Origin: Tubulanus polymorphus
Lineage: Eukaryota; Animalia; Nemertea
DNA length: 64,000 nt
Assembly (NCBI RefSeq): GCF_964204645.1
Contig: NC_134029.1
Coordinates: 12,302,850-12,366,849 of the forward strand
Reading direction: 5' to 3'
Made by a program: the position numbers and the translations under genes
The notes under the pieces: model-generated
Told to the model about the DNA's origin: nothing
Database searches by the model: none
The model's input: the letters and a program-made list of their open reading frames with translations, nothing else
Part shown: positions 24,601-39,600 of the stretch, one piece after another
Layout: each line of letters begins with the position of its first letter
Numbering within the stretch: position 1 is the stretch's first letter

Positions 24601-27600
24601 CATATCTATACAAAAGAATTGTAATAAAATGAAATTAATTCCGAAATTCAATAACAATTCTTATTGTAAAGCCCTCAGAAATTAAGCAATTTCATAAAGT
24701 TGCACAAGGTCTATGGACAAATTGATTTTATACAAGAAAATTCTATGATTTTAGTGAAGTTAGTTTTAAAGACAAATTATTTAAAAACAACTTATTACTC
24801 TGATGAATCATTTTCGTTAGAAAGAGTAAAACAATGTCAAAAGTTCTAGAATCCTATTGGTTGATTTTGATTGAAATCATGGGGTAAATTTTATCTTTTA
24901 TATGACGAGTGACTGTTTCCACGAACTTGATATAAGCATTGCAACAGACTATACTCAGAACAAATGTTTGACCACCTATCTGGGAATACTTCTACTTCAA
25001 ATTATATCAAATTGAATTACAATTTATTGCGTACCTGTAGGTAAGTTTCGAACAGATCAAATAGAAGCCAGAAAACGCATGAGATTCATACGGTTATGTA
25101 GAAATTTTTCTTATACATCTTTTAAGACATCGAAATAAGGCATATCTTTGTCTATGAATAGGTGCAACACCTAATATCAAAACCTGGCCACTCAATATGA
25201 AGAGAATTGTTTGAACCGTTCGAGTTAGTAGATTATTCAGGAAAACTGTATTCCCGCCCGAAAGTTGCACAGGTCCTTGGATAAAAAATAAGTTTTGATT
25301 AAGGTTAACTCATACCCATACAAATTGTATCGTTAGCGATACCTTAGTAGAGCATATCTATACAACAAAAGAATTGCAATAAAATGAAATTAATTCCGAA
25401 ATTCAATAACAATTCTTATTGTAAAGCCCTCAGAAATTAAGCAATTTCATAAAGTTGCACAAGGTCTATGGACAAATTGATTTTATACAAGAAAATTCTA
25501 TGATTTTAGTGAAGTTAGTTTTAAAGTCAAATAACTAAATTCAAAACAACTTATTACCCTGATGAATGATTTTCGTCAGAAAGAGTAAAACAATGTCAAA
25601 AGTTCTAGAATCCTATTGGTTGATTTTGATTGAAATAGTGGGGTAAATCTTTATTTTCTATATGATGAGTAACTATTTCCACGAACTTGATATAAGCATT
25701 GCAACTGACTATACTCAGAACAAATGTTTTACCACCTATCTGGGGATACTTCTACTTCAAATTATATCAAATTGAATTACAATTTATTGCGTACCTGTAG
25801 GTAAGTTTCGAACAGATCAAATAGAAGCCAGAAAACGCATAAGATTCATACGGTTATGTAGAAATTTTTCTTATACATCTTTTGAGATATCGAAATAAGA
25901 CATATCTTTTTCTATGAATAGATGCAACACCTAATATCAAAATCTGGCCACTCAATATGAAGAGAATTGTTTGAACCGTTTGGGTTAGTAGATTATTCAG
26001 GAAAACTGTATTCCCGCCCGAAAGTTGCACAGGTCCTTGGATAAAAAATAAGTTTTGATTAAGGGTAACTCATACCCATACAAATTGTATTGTTAGAGAA
26101 ACCTTAGTAGAGCATATCTATACAAAAGAATTGCAATAAAATGAAATTAATTCCGAAATTCAATAACAATCCTAATTGTAAAGCCCTCAGAAATTAAGCA
26201 ATTTCATAAAGTTGCACAAGGTCTATGGACAAATTGATTTAATACAAGAAAATTCTATGATTTTAGTGAAGTTAGTTTTAAAGACAAATAACTAAATTCA
26301 AAACAACTTATTACCCTGATGAATGATTTTCATTAGAAAGAGTAAAACAATGTCATAAGTTCTAGAATCCTATTGGTTGATTTTGATTGAAATCATGGGG
26401 TAAATCTTATCTTTATGACGAGTGACTGTTTCCACGAACTTGATATAAGCATTGCAACTGACTATACTCAGAACAAATGTTTGACCACCTATCTGGGAAT
26501 ACTTCGACTTCAAATTATATCAAATTGAATTAAAATTTATTGCGTACCTGTAGGTAAGTTTCGAACAGATCAAATAGAAGCCAGAAAACGCATAAGAATC
26601 ATACGGTTATGTAGAAATTTTTCTTATAAATCTTTTAAGACATCGAAATAAGACATATCTTTTTCTATGAATAGATGCAACACCTAATATCAAAATCTGG
26701 CCACTCAATATGAAGAGAATTGTTTGAACTGTTCGAGTTTGAATATTATTCAGGAAAACTGTATTCCCTTCCCAAAGTTGCACAAGTCCTCGGATAAAAA
26801 CTAAGTTTTGATTAAGGGTAACTCATACCCATACAAATTGTATTATTAGAGATACCTTAGTAGGGGATATTGATACAAAAGAATTGCAATAAAATGAAAT
26901 TAATGCCGATATTTTCATAACAATCCTCAGAAATTAAGCAATTTCATAAAGTTGCACAAGGTCTATGGACAAATTGATTTCATACAAGAAAATTTATGAT
27001 TTTAGTAAAGTTAGTTTTATAGACAAATAACTAAATTCAAAACAACTTATTACCCTGATGAATCATTTTCGTTAGAAAGAGTAAAACAATGTCAAAAGTT
27101 CTAGAATCCTATTGGTTGATTTTGATTGAAATCATGGGGTAAATTCTATCTTTTATATGACGAGTGACTGTTTCCACGAACTTGATATAAGCATTGCAAC
27201 AGACTATACTCAGAACAAATGTTTGACCACCTATCTGGGAATACTTCTACTTCAAATTATATCAAATTGAATTAAAATTTATTGCGTACCTGTAGGTAAG
27301 TTTCGAACAGATCAAACAGAAGCCAGAAAACGCATGAGATTCATACGGTTATGTAGAAATTTTTCTTATACATCTTTTAAGACATCGAAATAAGATATAT
27401 CTTTGTCTATGAATAGGTGCAACACCTAATATCAAAACCTGGCCACTCAATATGAAGAGAATTGTTTGAAGCGTTCGAGTTAGTAGATTATTCAGGAAAA
27501 CTGTATTCCCGCCCGAAAGTTGCACAGGTCCTTGGATAAAAAATAAGTTTTGATTAAGGTAAACTCATACCCATACAAATTGTATTGTTAGCGATACCTT

Positions 27601-30600
27601 AGTAGAGCATATCTATACAACAAAAGAATTGCAATAAAATGAAATTAATTCCGAAATTCAATAACAATCCTAATTGTAAAGCCCTCAGAAATTAAGCAAT
27701 TTCATAAAGTTGCACAAGGTCTATGGACAAAATGATTTCATACAAGAAAATTCTATGATTTAAGTGAAGTTAGTTTTAAAGACAAATAACTAAATTCAAA
27801 ACAACTTATTACCCTGATGAATGATTTTCGTCAGAAAGAGTAAAACAATGTCAAAAGTTCTAGAATCCTATTGGTTGATTTTGATTGAAATCATGGGGTA
27901 AATCTTTATTTTCTATATGATGAGTAACTATTTCCACGAACTTGATATAAGCATTGCAACTGACTATACTCAGAACAAATGTTTTACCACCTATCTGGGA
28001 ATACTTCTACTTCAAATTATATCAAATTGAATTACAATTTATTGCGTACCTGTAGGTAAGTTTCGAACAGATCAAATAGAAGCCAGAAAACGCATAAGAA
28101 TCATACGGTTATGTAGAAATTATTCTTATAAATCTTTTAAGACATCGAAATAAGACATATCTTTTTCTATGAATAGATGCAACACCTAATATCAAAATCT
28201 GGCCACTCAATATGAAGAGAATTGTTTGAACTGTTCGAGTTTGAATATTATTCAGGAAAACTGTATTCCCTTCCCAAAGTTGCACAAGTCCTCAGATAAA
28301 AACTAAGTTTTGATTAAGGGTAACTCATACCCATACAAATTGTATTGTTAGAGATACCTTAGTAGGGGATATTGATACAAAAGAATTGCAATAAAATGAA
28401 ATTAATGCCGATATTTTCATAACAATCCTCAGAAATTAAGCAATTTCATAAAGTTGCACAAGGTCTATGGACAAATTGATTTCATACAAGAAAATTTATG
28501 ATTTTAGTAAAGTTAGTTTTATAGACAAATAACTAAATTCAAAACAACTTATTACCCTGATGAATCATTTTCGTTAGAAAGAGTAAAACAGTGTCAAAAG
28601 TTCTAGAATCCTATTGGTTGATTTTGATTGAAATCGTGGGGTAAATTCTATCTTTTATATGACGAGTGACTGTTTCCACGAACTTGATATAAGCATTGCA
28701 ACAGACTATTCTCAGAACAAATGTTTGACCACCTATCTGGGAATACTTCTACTTCAAATTATATGAAATTGAATTAAAATTTATTACATACCTGTAGGTA
28801 AGTTTCGAACAGATCAAATAGAAGCCAGAAAACGCATGAGATTCATACGGTTATGTAGAAATTTTTCTTATACATCTTTTAAGACATCGAAATAAGACAT
28901 ATCTTTGTCTATGAATAGGTGCAACACCTAATATCAAAACCTGGCCACTCAATATGAAGAGAATTGTTTGAACCGTTCGAGTTAGTAGATTATTCAGGAA
29001 AACTGTATTCCCGCCCGAAAGTTGCACAGGTCCTTGGATAAAAAATAAGTTTTGATTAAGGTAAACTCATACCCATACAAATTGTATTGTTAGCGATACC
29101 TTAGTAGAGCATATCTATACAAAAGAATTGCAATAAAATGAAATTAATTCCGAAATTCAATAACAATCCTTATTGTAAAGCCCTCAGAAATTAAGCAATT
29201 TCATAAAGTTGCACAAGGTCTATGGACAAAATGATTTCATACAAGAAAATTCTATGATTTAAGTGAAGTTAGTTTTAAAGACAAATAACTAAATTCAAAA
29301 CAACTTATTACCCTGATGAATGATTTTCGTTAGAAAGAGTAAAACAATGTCAAAAGTTCTAGAATCCTATTGGTTGATTTTGATTGAAATCATGGGGTAA
29401 ATTTTATCTTCATGACGAGTGACTTGTTTCCACGAACTTGTTCAAAGCATTGCAAGTGACTATACTCAGAACAAATGTTTGACCACCTATCTGGGAATAC
29501 TTCTACTTCAAATTATATCAAATTGAATTATAGCTTATTACTTACCTGTAGGTAAGTTTCGAACAGATCAAATAGAAGCCAGAAAACGCATAAGATTCAT
29601 ACGGTTATGTAGAAATTTTTCTCATACATCGTTTAAGACAACGAAATAAGACATATCTTTTTCTATGAATAGGTGCAAACCCTTATATCAAAACCTGGCC
29701 ACTCAATATGAAGAGAATTGTTTGAACCGTTCGAGTTTGTACATTATTCAGGAAAACTGTATTCCCGCCCGAAAGGTGCACAGGTCGTTGGATAAAAAAT
29801 AAGTTTTGATTAAGGGTAACTCATACCCATACAAATTGTATTGTTAGAGAATCTTTAGTAGAGCATATCTATACAAAAGAATTGCAATAAAATGAAATTA
29901 ATTCCGAAATTCAATAACAATCCTAATTGTAAAGCCCTCAGAAATTAAGCAATTTCATAATAAAGTTGCACAAGGTCTATGGACAAATTGATTTAATACA
30001 AGAAAATTCTATGATTTAAGTGAAGTTAGTTTTAAAGACAAATAACTAAATTCAAAACAACTTATTACCCTGATGAATGATTTTCGTTAGAAAGAGTAAA
30101 ACAATGTCAAAAGTTCTAGAATCCTATTGGTTGATTTTGATTGAAATCATGGGGTAAATTTTATCTTCATGACGAGTGACTTGTTTCCACGAACTTGTTC
30201 AAAGCATTGCAAGTGACTATACTCAGAACAAATGTTTGACCACCTATCTGGGAATACTTCTACTTCAAATTATATCAAATTGAATTATAGCTTATTACTT
30301 ACCTGTAGGTAAGTTTCGAACAGATCAAATAGAAGCCAGAAAACGCATAAGATTCATACGGTTATGTAGAAATTTTTCTCATACATCGTTTAAGACAACG
30401 AAATAAGACATATCTTTTTCTATGAATAGGTGCAAACCCTTATATCAAAACCTGGCCACTCAATATGAAGAGAATTGTTTGAACCGTTCGAGTTTGTACA
30501 TTATTCAGGAAAACTGTATTCCCGCCCGAAAGGTGCACAGGTCGTTGGATAAAAAATAAGTTTTGATTAAGGGTAACTCATACCCATACAAATTGTATTG

Positions 30601-33600
30601 TTAGAGAATCCTTAGTAGAGCATATCTATACAAAAGAATTGCAATAAAATGAAATTAATTCCGAAATTCAATAACAATCCTAATTGTAAAGCCCTCAGAA
30701 ATTAAGCAATTTCATAATAAAGTTGCACAAGGTCTATGGACAAATTGATTTAATACAAGAAAATTCTATGATTTTAGTGAAGTTAGTTTTAAAGACAAAT
30801 AACTAAATTCAAAACAACTTATTACCCTGATGAATGATTTTCATTAGAAAGAGTAAAACAATGTCATAAGTTCTAGAATCCTATTGGTTGATTTTGATTG
30901 AAATCATGGGGTAAATCTTATCTTTATGACGAGTGACTGTTTCCACGAACTTGATATAAGCATTGCAACTGACTATACTCAGAACAAATGTTTGACCACC
31001 TATCTGGGAATACTTCTACTTCAAATTATATCAAATTGAATTATAGCTTATTACTTTCCTGTAGGTAAGTTTCGAACAGATCAAATAGAAGCCAGAAAAC
31101 GCATAAGATTCATACGGTTATGTAGAAATTTTTCTCATACATCGTTTAAGACAACGAAATAAGACATATCTTTTTCTATGAATAGGTGCAAACCCTTATA
31201 TCAAAACCTGGCCACTCAATATGAAGAGAATTGTTTGAACCGTTCGAGTTTGTACATTATTCAGGAAAACTGTATTCCCGCCCGAAAGATGCACAGGTCC
31301 TTGGATAAAAAATAAGTTTTGATTAAGGGAAACTCATACCCATACAAATTGTATTGTTAGAGAATCCTTAGTAGAGCATATCTATACAAAGGAATTGCAA
31401 TAAAATGAAATTAATTCCGAAATTCAATAACAATTCTTATTGTAAAGCCCTCAGAAATTAAGCAATTTCATAAAGTTGCACAAGGTCTATGGACAAATTG
31501 ATTTTATACAAGAAAATTCTATGATTTTAGTGAAGTTAGTTTTAAAGACAAATAACTAAATTCAAAACAACTTATTACTCTGATGAATCATTTTCGTTAG
31601 AAAGAGTAAAACAATGTCAAAAGTTCTAGAATCCTATTGGTTGATTTTGATTGAAATCATGGGGTAAATCTTTATTTTCTATATGATGAGTAACTATTTC
31701 CACGAACTTGATATAAGCATTGCAACTGACTATACTCAGAACAAATGTTTTACCACCTATCTGGGAATACTTCTACTTCAAATTATATCAAATTGAATTA
31801 AAATTTATTGCGTACCTGTAGGTAAGTTTCGAACAGATCAAATAGAAGCCAGAAAACGCATAAGATTCATACGGTTATGTAGAAATTTTTCTTATACATC
31901 TTTTGAGATATCGAAATAAGACATATCTTTGTCTATGAATAGATGCAACACCTAATATCAAAATCTGGCCACTCAATATGAAGAGAATTGTTTGAACCGT
32001 TTGGGTTAGTAGATTATTCAGGAAAACTGTATTCCCGCCCGAAAGTTGCACAGGTCCTTGGATAAAAAATAAGTTTTGATTAAGGGTAACTCATATCCAT
32101 ACAAATTGTATTGTTAGAGAAACCTTAGTAGAGCATATCTATACAAAAGAATTGCAACAAAATGAAATTAATTCCGAAATTCAATAACAATCCTAATTGT
32201 AAAGCCCTCAGAAATTAAGCAATTTCATAAAGTTGCACAAGGTCTATGGACAAATTGATTTTATACAAGAAAATTCTATGATTTAAGTGAAGTTAGTTTT
32301 AAAGACAAATAACTAAATTCAAAACAACTTATTACCCTGATGAATCATTTTCATTAGAAAGAGTAAAACAATGTCAAAAGTTCTAGAATCCTATTGGTTG
32401 ATTTTGATTGAAATCATGGGGTAAATCTTATCTTTATGACGAGTAACTATTTCCACGAACTTGATATAAGCATTGCAACTGACTATACTCAGAACAAATG
32501 TTTGACAACCTATCTGGGAATACTTCTACTTCAAATTATATCAAATTGAATTACAATCTATTGCGTACCTGTAGGTAAGTTTCGAACAGATCAAATAGAA
32601 GCCAGAAAACGCATAAGAATCATACGCTTATGTAGAAATTATTCTTATAAATCTTTTAAGACATCGAAATAAGACATATCTTTTTCTATGAATAGATGCA
32701 ACACCTAATATCAAAATCTGGCCACTCAATATGAAGAGAATTGTTTGAACTGTTCGAGTTTGAATATTATTCAGGAAAACTGTATTCCCTTCCCAAAGTT
32801 GCACAGGTCCTCGGATAAAAACTAAGTTTTGATTAAGGGTAACTCATACCCTTACAAATTGTATTGTTAGAGATACCTTAGTAGGGGATTGATACAAAAG
32901 AATTGCAATAAAATGTAATTAATGCCGATATTTTCAAAACAATCCTCAGAAATTAAGCAATTTCATAAAGTTGCACAAGGTCTATGGACAAATTGATTTC
33001 ATACAAGAAAATTCTATGATTTTAGTAAAGTTAGTTTTAAAGACAAATAACTAAATTCAAAACAACTTATTACCCTGATGAATGATTTTCGTTAGAAAGA
33101 GTAAAACAATGTCAAAAGTTCTAGAATCCTATTGGTTGATTTTGATTGAAATCATGGGGTAAATTTTATCTTTTATATAACGAGTGACTGTTTCCACGAA
33201 CTTGATATAAGCATTGCAACAGACTATACTCAGAACAAATGTTTGACCACCTATCTGGGAATACTTCTACTTCAAATTATATCAAATTGAATTAAAATTT
33301 ATTACGTACCTGTAGGTAAGTTTCAAACAGATCAAATAGAAGCCAGAAAACGCATGAGATTCATACGGTTATGTAGAAATTTTTCTTATACATCTTTTAA
33401 GACATCGAAATAAGACATATCTTTTTCTATGAATAGGTGCAACACCTAATATCAAAACCTGGCCACTCAATATGAAGAGAATTGTTTGAACCGTTTGAGT
33501 TAGTAGATTATTCAGGAAAACTGTATTCCCGCCCGAAAGTTGCACAGGTCCTTGGATAAAAAATAAGTTTTGATTAAGGTTAACTCATACCCATACAAAT

Positions 33601-36600
33601 TGTATTGTTAGCGATACCTTAATAGAGCATATCTATACAAAAGAATTGCAATAAAATGAAATAAATTCCGAAATTCAATAACAATCCTAATTGTAAAGCC
33701 CTCAGAAATTAAGCAATTTCATAAAGTTGCACAAGGTCTATGGACAAATTGATTTAATACAAGAAAATTCTATGATTTTAGTGAAGTTAGTTTTAAAGAC
33801 AAATAACTAAATTCAAAACAACTTATTACCCTGATGAATCATTTTCATTAGAAAGAGTAAAACAATGTCAAAAGTTCTAGAATCCTATTGGTTGATTTTG
33901 ATTGAAATCATGGGGTAAATTTTATCTTTATGACGAGTGACTTGTTTCCACGAACTTGTTTAAACCATTGCAAGTGACTATACTCAGAACAAATGTTTGA
34001 CCACCTATCTGGGAATACTTCTACTTCAAATTATATCAAATTGAATTATAGCTTATTACTTACCTGTAGGTAAGTTTCGAACAGATCTAACAGAAGCCAG
34101 AAAACGCATAAGATTCATACGGTTATGTAGAAATTTTTCTCATACATCGTTTAAGACAACGAAATAAGACATATCTTTTTCTATGAATAGGTGCAAATCC
34201 TTATATCAAAACCTGGCCACTCAATATGAAGAGAATTGTTTGAACCGTTCGAGTTTGTACATTATTCAGGAAAACTGTATTCCCTTCCCAAAGTTGCACA
34301 GGTCCTCGGATAAAAACTAAGTTTTGATTAAGGGTAACTCATACCCATACAAATTGTATTGTTAGAGATACCTTAGTAGGGGATATTGATACAAAAGAAT
34401 TGCAATAAAAAAAAATTAATGCCGATATTTTCACAACAATCCTCAGAAATTAAGCAATTTCATAAAGTTGCACAAGGTCTATGGACAAATTGATTTAATA
34501 CAAGAAAATTCTATGATTTTAGTGAAGTTAGTGTTAAAGACAAATAACTAAATTCAAAACAACTTATTACCCTGATGAATGATTTTCATTAGAAAGAGTA
34601 AAACAATGTCAAAAGTTCTAGAATCCTATTGGTTGATTTTGATTGAAATCATGGGGTAAATTTTATCTTTATGACGGGTGACTTGTTTCCACGAACTTGT
34701 TTAAAGCATTGCAAGTGACTATACTCAGAACAAATGTTTGACCACCTATCTGGGAATACTTCTACTTCAAATTATATCAAATTGAATTATAGCTTATTAC
34801 TTACCTGTAGATAAGTTTTGAACAGATCAAATAGAAGCCAGAAAACGCATAAGATTCATACGGTTGTGTAGAAATTTTTCTCATACATCGTTCAAGACAA
34901 CGAAATAAGACATATCTTTTTCTATGAATAGGTGCAAACTCTTGTATCAAAACCTGGCCACCCAATATGAAGAGAATTGTTTGAACCGTTCGAGTTTGTA
35001 CATTATTCAGGAAAACTGTATTCCCGCCCGAAAGATGCACAGCTCCTTGGATAAAAAATAAGTTTTGATTAAGGGTAACTCATACCCATACAAATTGTAT
35101 TGTTAGAGAAACCTTAGTAGAGCATATCTATACAAAAGAATTGCAATAAAATGAAATTAATTCCGAAATTCAATAACAATACTTATTGTAAAGCCCTCAG
35201 AAATTAAGCAATTTCATAAAGTTGCACAAGGTCTATGGACAAATTGATTTAATACAAGAAAATTTATGATTTTAGTAAAGTTAGTTTTATAGACAAATAA
35301 CTAAATTTAAAACAACTTATTACCCTGATGAATCATTTTCGTTAGAAAGAGTAAAACAATGTCAAAAGTTCTAGAATCCTATTGGTTGATTTTGATTGAA
35401 ATCATGGGGTAAATTCTATCTTTTATATGACGAGTGACTGTTTCCACGAACTTGATATAAGCATTGCAACTGACTATACTCAGAACAAATGTTTGACCAC
35501 CTATCTGGGAATACTTCTACTTCAAATTATATCAAATTGAATTACAATTTATTGCGTACCTGTAGGTAAGTTTCGAACAGATCAAATAGAAGCCAGAAAA
35601 CACATGAGATTCATACGGTTATGTAGAAATTTTTCTTATACATCTTTTAAGACAACGAAATAAGACATATCTTTGTCTATGAATAGGTGCAACACCTAAT
35701 ATCAAAACCTGGCCACTCAATATGAAGAGAATTGTTTGAACCGTTCGAGTTAGTAGATTATTCAGGAAAACTGTATTCCCGCCCGAAAGTTGCACAGGTC
35801 CTTGGATAAAAAATAAGTTTTGATTAAGGTTAACTCATACCCATACAAATTGTATTGTTAGCGATACCTTAGTAGAGCATATCTATACAAAAGAATTGCA
35901 ATAAAATGAAATAAATTCCGAAATTCAATAACAATCCTAATTGTAAAGCCCTCAGAAATTAAGCAATTTCATAAAGTTGCACAAGGTCTATGGACAAAAT
36001 GATTTCATACAAGAAAATTCTATGATTTAAGTGAAGTTAGTTTTAAAGACAAATAACTAAATTCAAAACAACTTATTACCCTGATGAATCATTTTCGTTA
36101 GAAAGAGTAAAACAATGTCAAAAGTTCTAGAATCCTATTGGTTGATTTTGATTGAAATCATGGGGTAAATCTTTATTTTTTATATGATGAGTAACTATTT
36201 CCACGAACTTGATATAAGCATTGCAACTGACTATACTCAGAACAAATGTTTTACCACCTATCTGGGAATACTTCTACTTCAAATTATATCAAATTGAATT
36301 AAAATTTATTGCGTACCTGTAGGTAAGTTTCGAACAGATCAAATAGAAGCCAGAAAACGCATAAGATTCATACGGTTATGTAGAAATTTTTCTTATACAT
36401 CTTTTGAGATATCGAAATAAGACATATCTTTTGCTATGAATAGATGCAACACCTAATATCAAAATCTGGCCACTCAACATGAAGAGAATTGTTTGAACCG
36501 TTCGAGTTAGTAGATTATTCAGGAAAACTGTATTCCCGCCCGAAAGTTGCACAGGTCCTTGGATAAAAAATAAGTTTTGATTAAGGTTAACTCATACCCA

Positions 36601-39600
36601 TACAAATTGTATTGTTAGTGATACCTTAGTAGAGCATATCTATACAAAAGAATTGCAATAAAATGAAATTAATTCCGAAATTCAATAACAATCCTTATAG
36701 TAAAGCCCTCAGAAATTAAGCAATTTCATAAAGTTGCACAAGGTCTATGGACAAAATGATTTCATACAAGAAAATTCTATGATTTAAGTGAAGTTAGTTT
36801 TAAAGACAAATAAATAAATTGAAAACAACTTATTACCCTGATGAATGATTTTCGTTAGAAAGAGTAAAACAATGTAAAAAGTTCTAGAATCCTATTGGTT
36901 GATTTTGATTGAAATCATGGGGTAAATTTTATCTTTATGACGAGTGACTTGATTCCACGAACTTGTTTAAAGCATTGCAAGTGACTATACTCAGAACAAA
37001 TGTTTGACCACCTATCTGGGAATACTTCTACTTCAAATTATATCAAATTGAATTATAGCTTATTACTAACCTGTAGGTAAGTTTCGAATAGATCAAATAG
37101 AAGCCAGAAAACGCATAAGATTCATACGGTTATGTAGAAATTTTTCTCATACATCGTTTAAGACAACGAAATAAGACATATCTTTTTCTATGAATAGGTG
37201 CAAACCCTTATATCAAAACCTGGCCCTTCAATATGAAGAGAATTGTTTGAACCGTTCGAGTTTGTACATTATTCAGGAAAACTGTATTCCCGCCCGAAAG
37301 ATGCACAGGTCCTTGGATAAAAAATAAGTTTTGATTAAGGGAAACTCATACCCATACAAATAGTATTGTTAGAGAATCCTTAGTAGAGCATATCTATACA
37401 AAAGAATTGTAATAAAATGAAATTAATTCCGAAATTCAATAACAATTCTTATTGTAAAGCCCTCAGAAATTAAGCAATTTCATAAAGTTGCACAAGGTCT
37501 ATGGACAAATTGATTTTATACAAGAAAATTCTATGATTTTAGTGAAGTTAGTTTTAAAGACAAATTATTTAAAAACAACTTATTACTCTGATGAATCATT
37601 TTCGTTAGAAAGAGTAAAACAATGTCAAAAGTTCTAGAATCCTATTGGTTGATTTTGATTGAAATCATGGGGTAAATTTTATCTTTTATATGACGAGTGA
37701 CTGTTTCCACGAACTTGATATAAGCATTGCAACAGACTATACTCAGAACAAATGTTTGACCACCTATCTGGGAATACTTCTACTTCAAATTATATCAAAT
37801 TGAATTACAATTTATTGCGTACCTGTAGGTAAGTTTCGAACAGATCAAATAGAAGCCAGAAAACGCATGAGATTCATACGGTTATGTAGAAATTTTTCTT
37901 ATACATCTTTTAAGACATCGAAATAAGGCATATCTTTGTCTATGAATAGGTGCAACACCTAATATCAAAACCTGGCCACTCAATATGAAGAGAATTGTTT
38001 GAACCGTTCGAGTTAGTAGATTATTCAGGAAAACTGTATTCCCGCCCGAAAGTTGCACAGGTCCTTGGATAAAAAATAAGTTTTGATTAAGGTTAACTCA
38101 TACCCATACAAATTGTATCGTTAGCGATACCTTAGTAGAGCATATCTATACAACAAAAGAATTGCAATAAAATGAAATTAATTCCGAAATTCAATAACAA
38201 TTCTTATTGTAAAGCCCTCAGAAATTAAGCAATTTCATAAAGTTGCACAAGGTCTATGGACAAATTGATTTTATACAAGAAAATTCTATGATTTTAGTGA
38301 AGTTAGTTTTAAAGTCAAATAACTAAATTCAAAACAACTTATTACCCTGATGAATGATTTTCGTCAGAAAGAGTAAAACAATGTCAAAAGTTCTAGAATC
38401 CTATTGGTTGATTTTGATTGAAATAGTGGGGTAAATCTTTATTTTCTATATGATGAGTAACTATTTCCACGAACTTGATATAAGCATTGCAACTGACTAT
38501 ACTCAGAACAAATGTTTTACCACCTATCTGGGGATACTTCTACTTCAAATTATATCAAATTGAATTACAATTTATTGCGTACCTGTAGGTAAGTTTCGAA
38601 CAGATCAAATAGAAGCCAGAAAACGCATAAGATTCATACGGTTATGTAGAAATTTTTCTTATACATCTTTTGAGATATCGAAATAAGACATATCTTTTTC
38701 TATGAATAGATGCAACACCTAATATCAAAATCTGGCCACTCAATATGAAGAGAATTGTTTGAACCGTTTGGGTTAGTAGATTATTCAGGAAAACTGTATT
38801 CCCGCCCGAAAGTTGCACAGGTCCTTGGATAAAAAATAAGTTTTGATTAAGGGTAACTCATACCCATACAAATTGTATTGTTAGAGAAACCTTAGTAGAG
38901 CATATCTATACAAAAGAATTGCAATAAAATGAAATTAATTCCGAAATTCAATAACAATCCTAATTGTAAAGCCCTCAGAAATTAAGCAATTTCATAAAGT
39001 TGCACAAGGTCTATGGACAAATTGATTTAATACAAGAAAATTCTATGATTTTAGTGAAGTTAGTTTTAAAGACAAATAACTAAATTCAAAACAACTTATT
39101 ACCCTGATGAATGATTTTCATTAGAAAGAGTAAAACAATGTCATAAGTTCTAGAATCCTATTGGTTGATTTTGATTGAAATCATGGGGTAAATCTTATCT
39201 TTATGACGAGTGACTGTTTCCACGAACTTGATATAAGCATTGCAACTGACTATACTCAGAACAAATGTTTGACCACCTATCTGGGAATACTTCGACTTCA
39301 AATTATATCAAATTGAATTAAAATTTATTGCGTACCTGTAGGTAAGTTTCGAACAGATCAAATAGAAGCCAGAAAACGCATAAGAATCATACGGTTATGT
39401 AGAAATTTTTCTTATAAATCTTTTAAGACATCGAAATAAGACATATCTTTTTCTATGAATAGATGCAACACCTAATATCAAAATCTGGCCACTCAATATG
39501 AAGAGAATTGTTTGAACTGTTCGAGTTTGAATATTATTCAGGAAAACTGTATTCCCTTCCCAAAGTTGCACAAGTCCTCGGATAAAAACTAAGTTTTGAT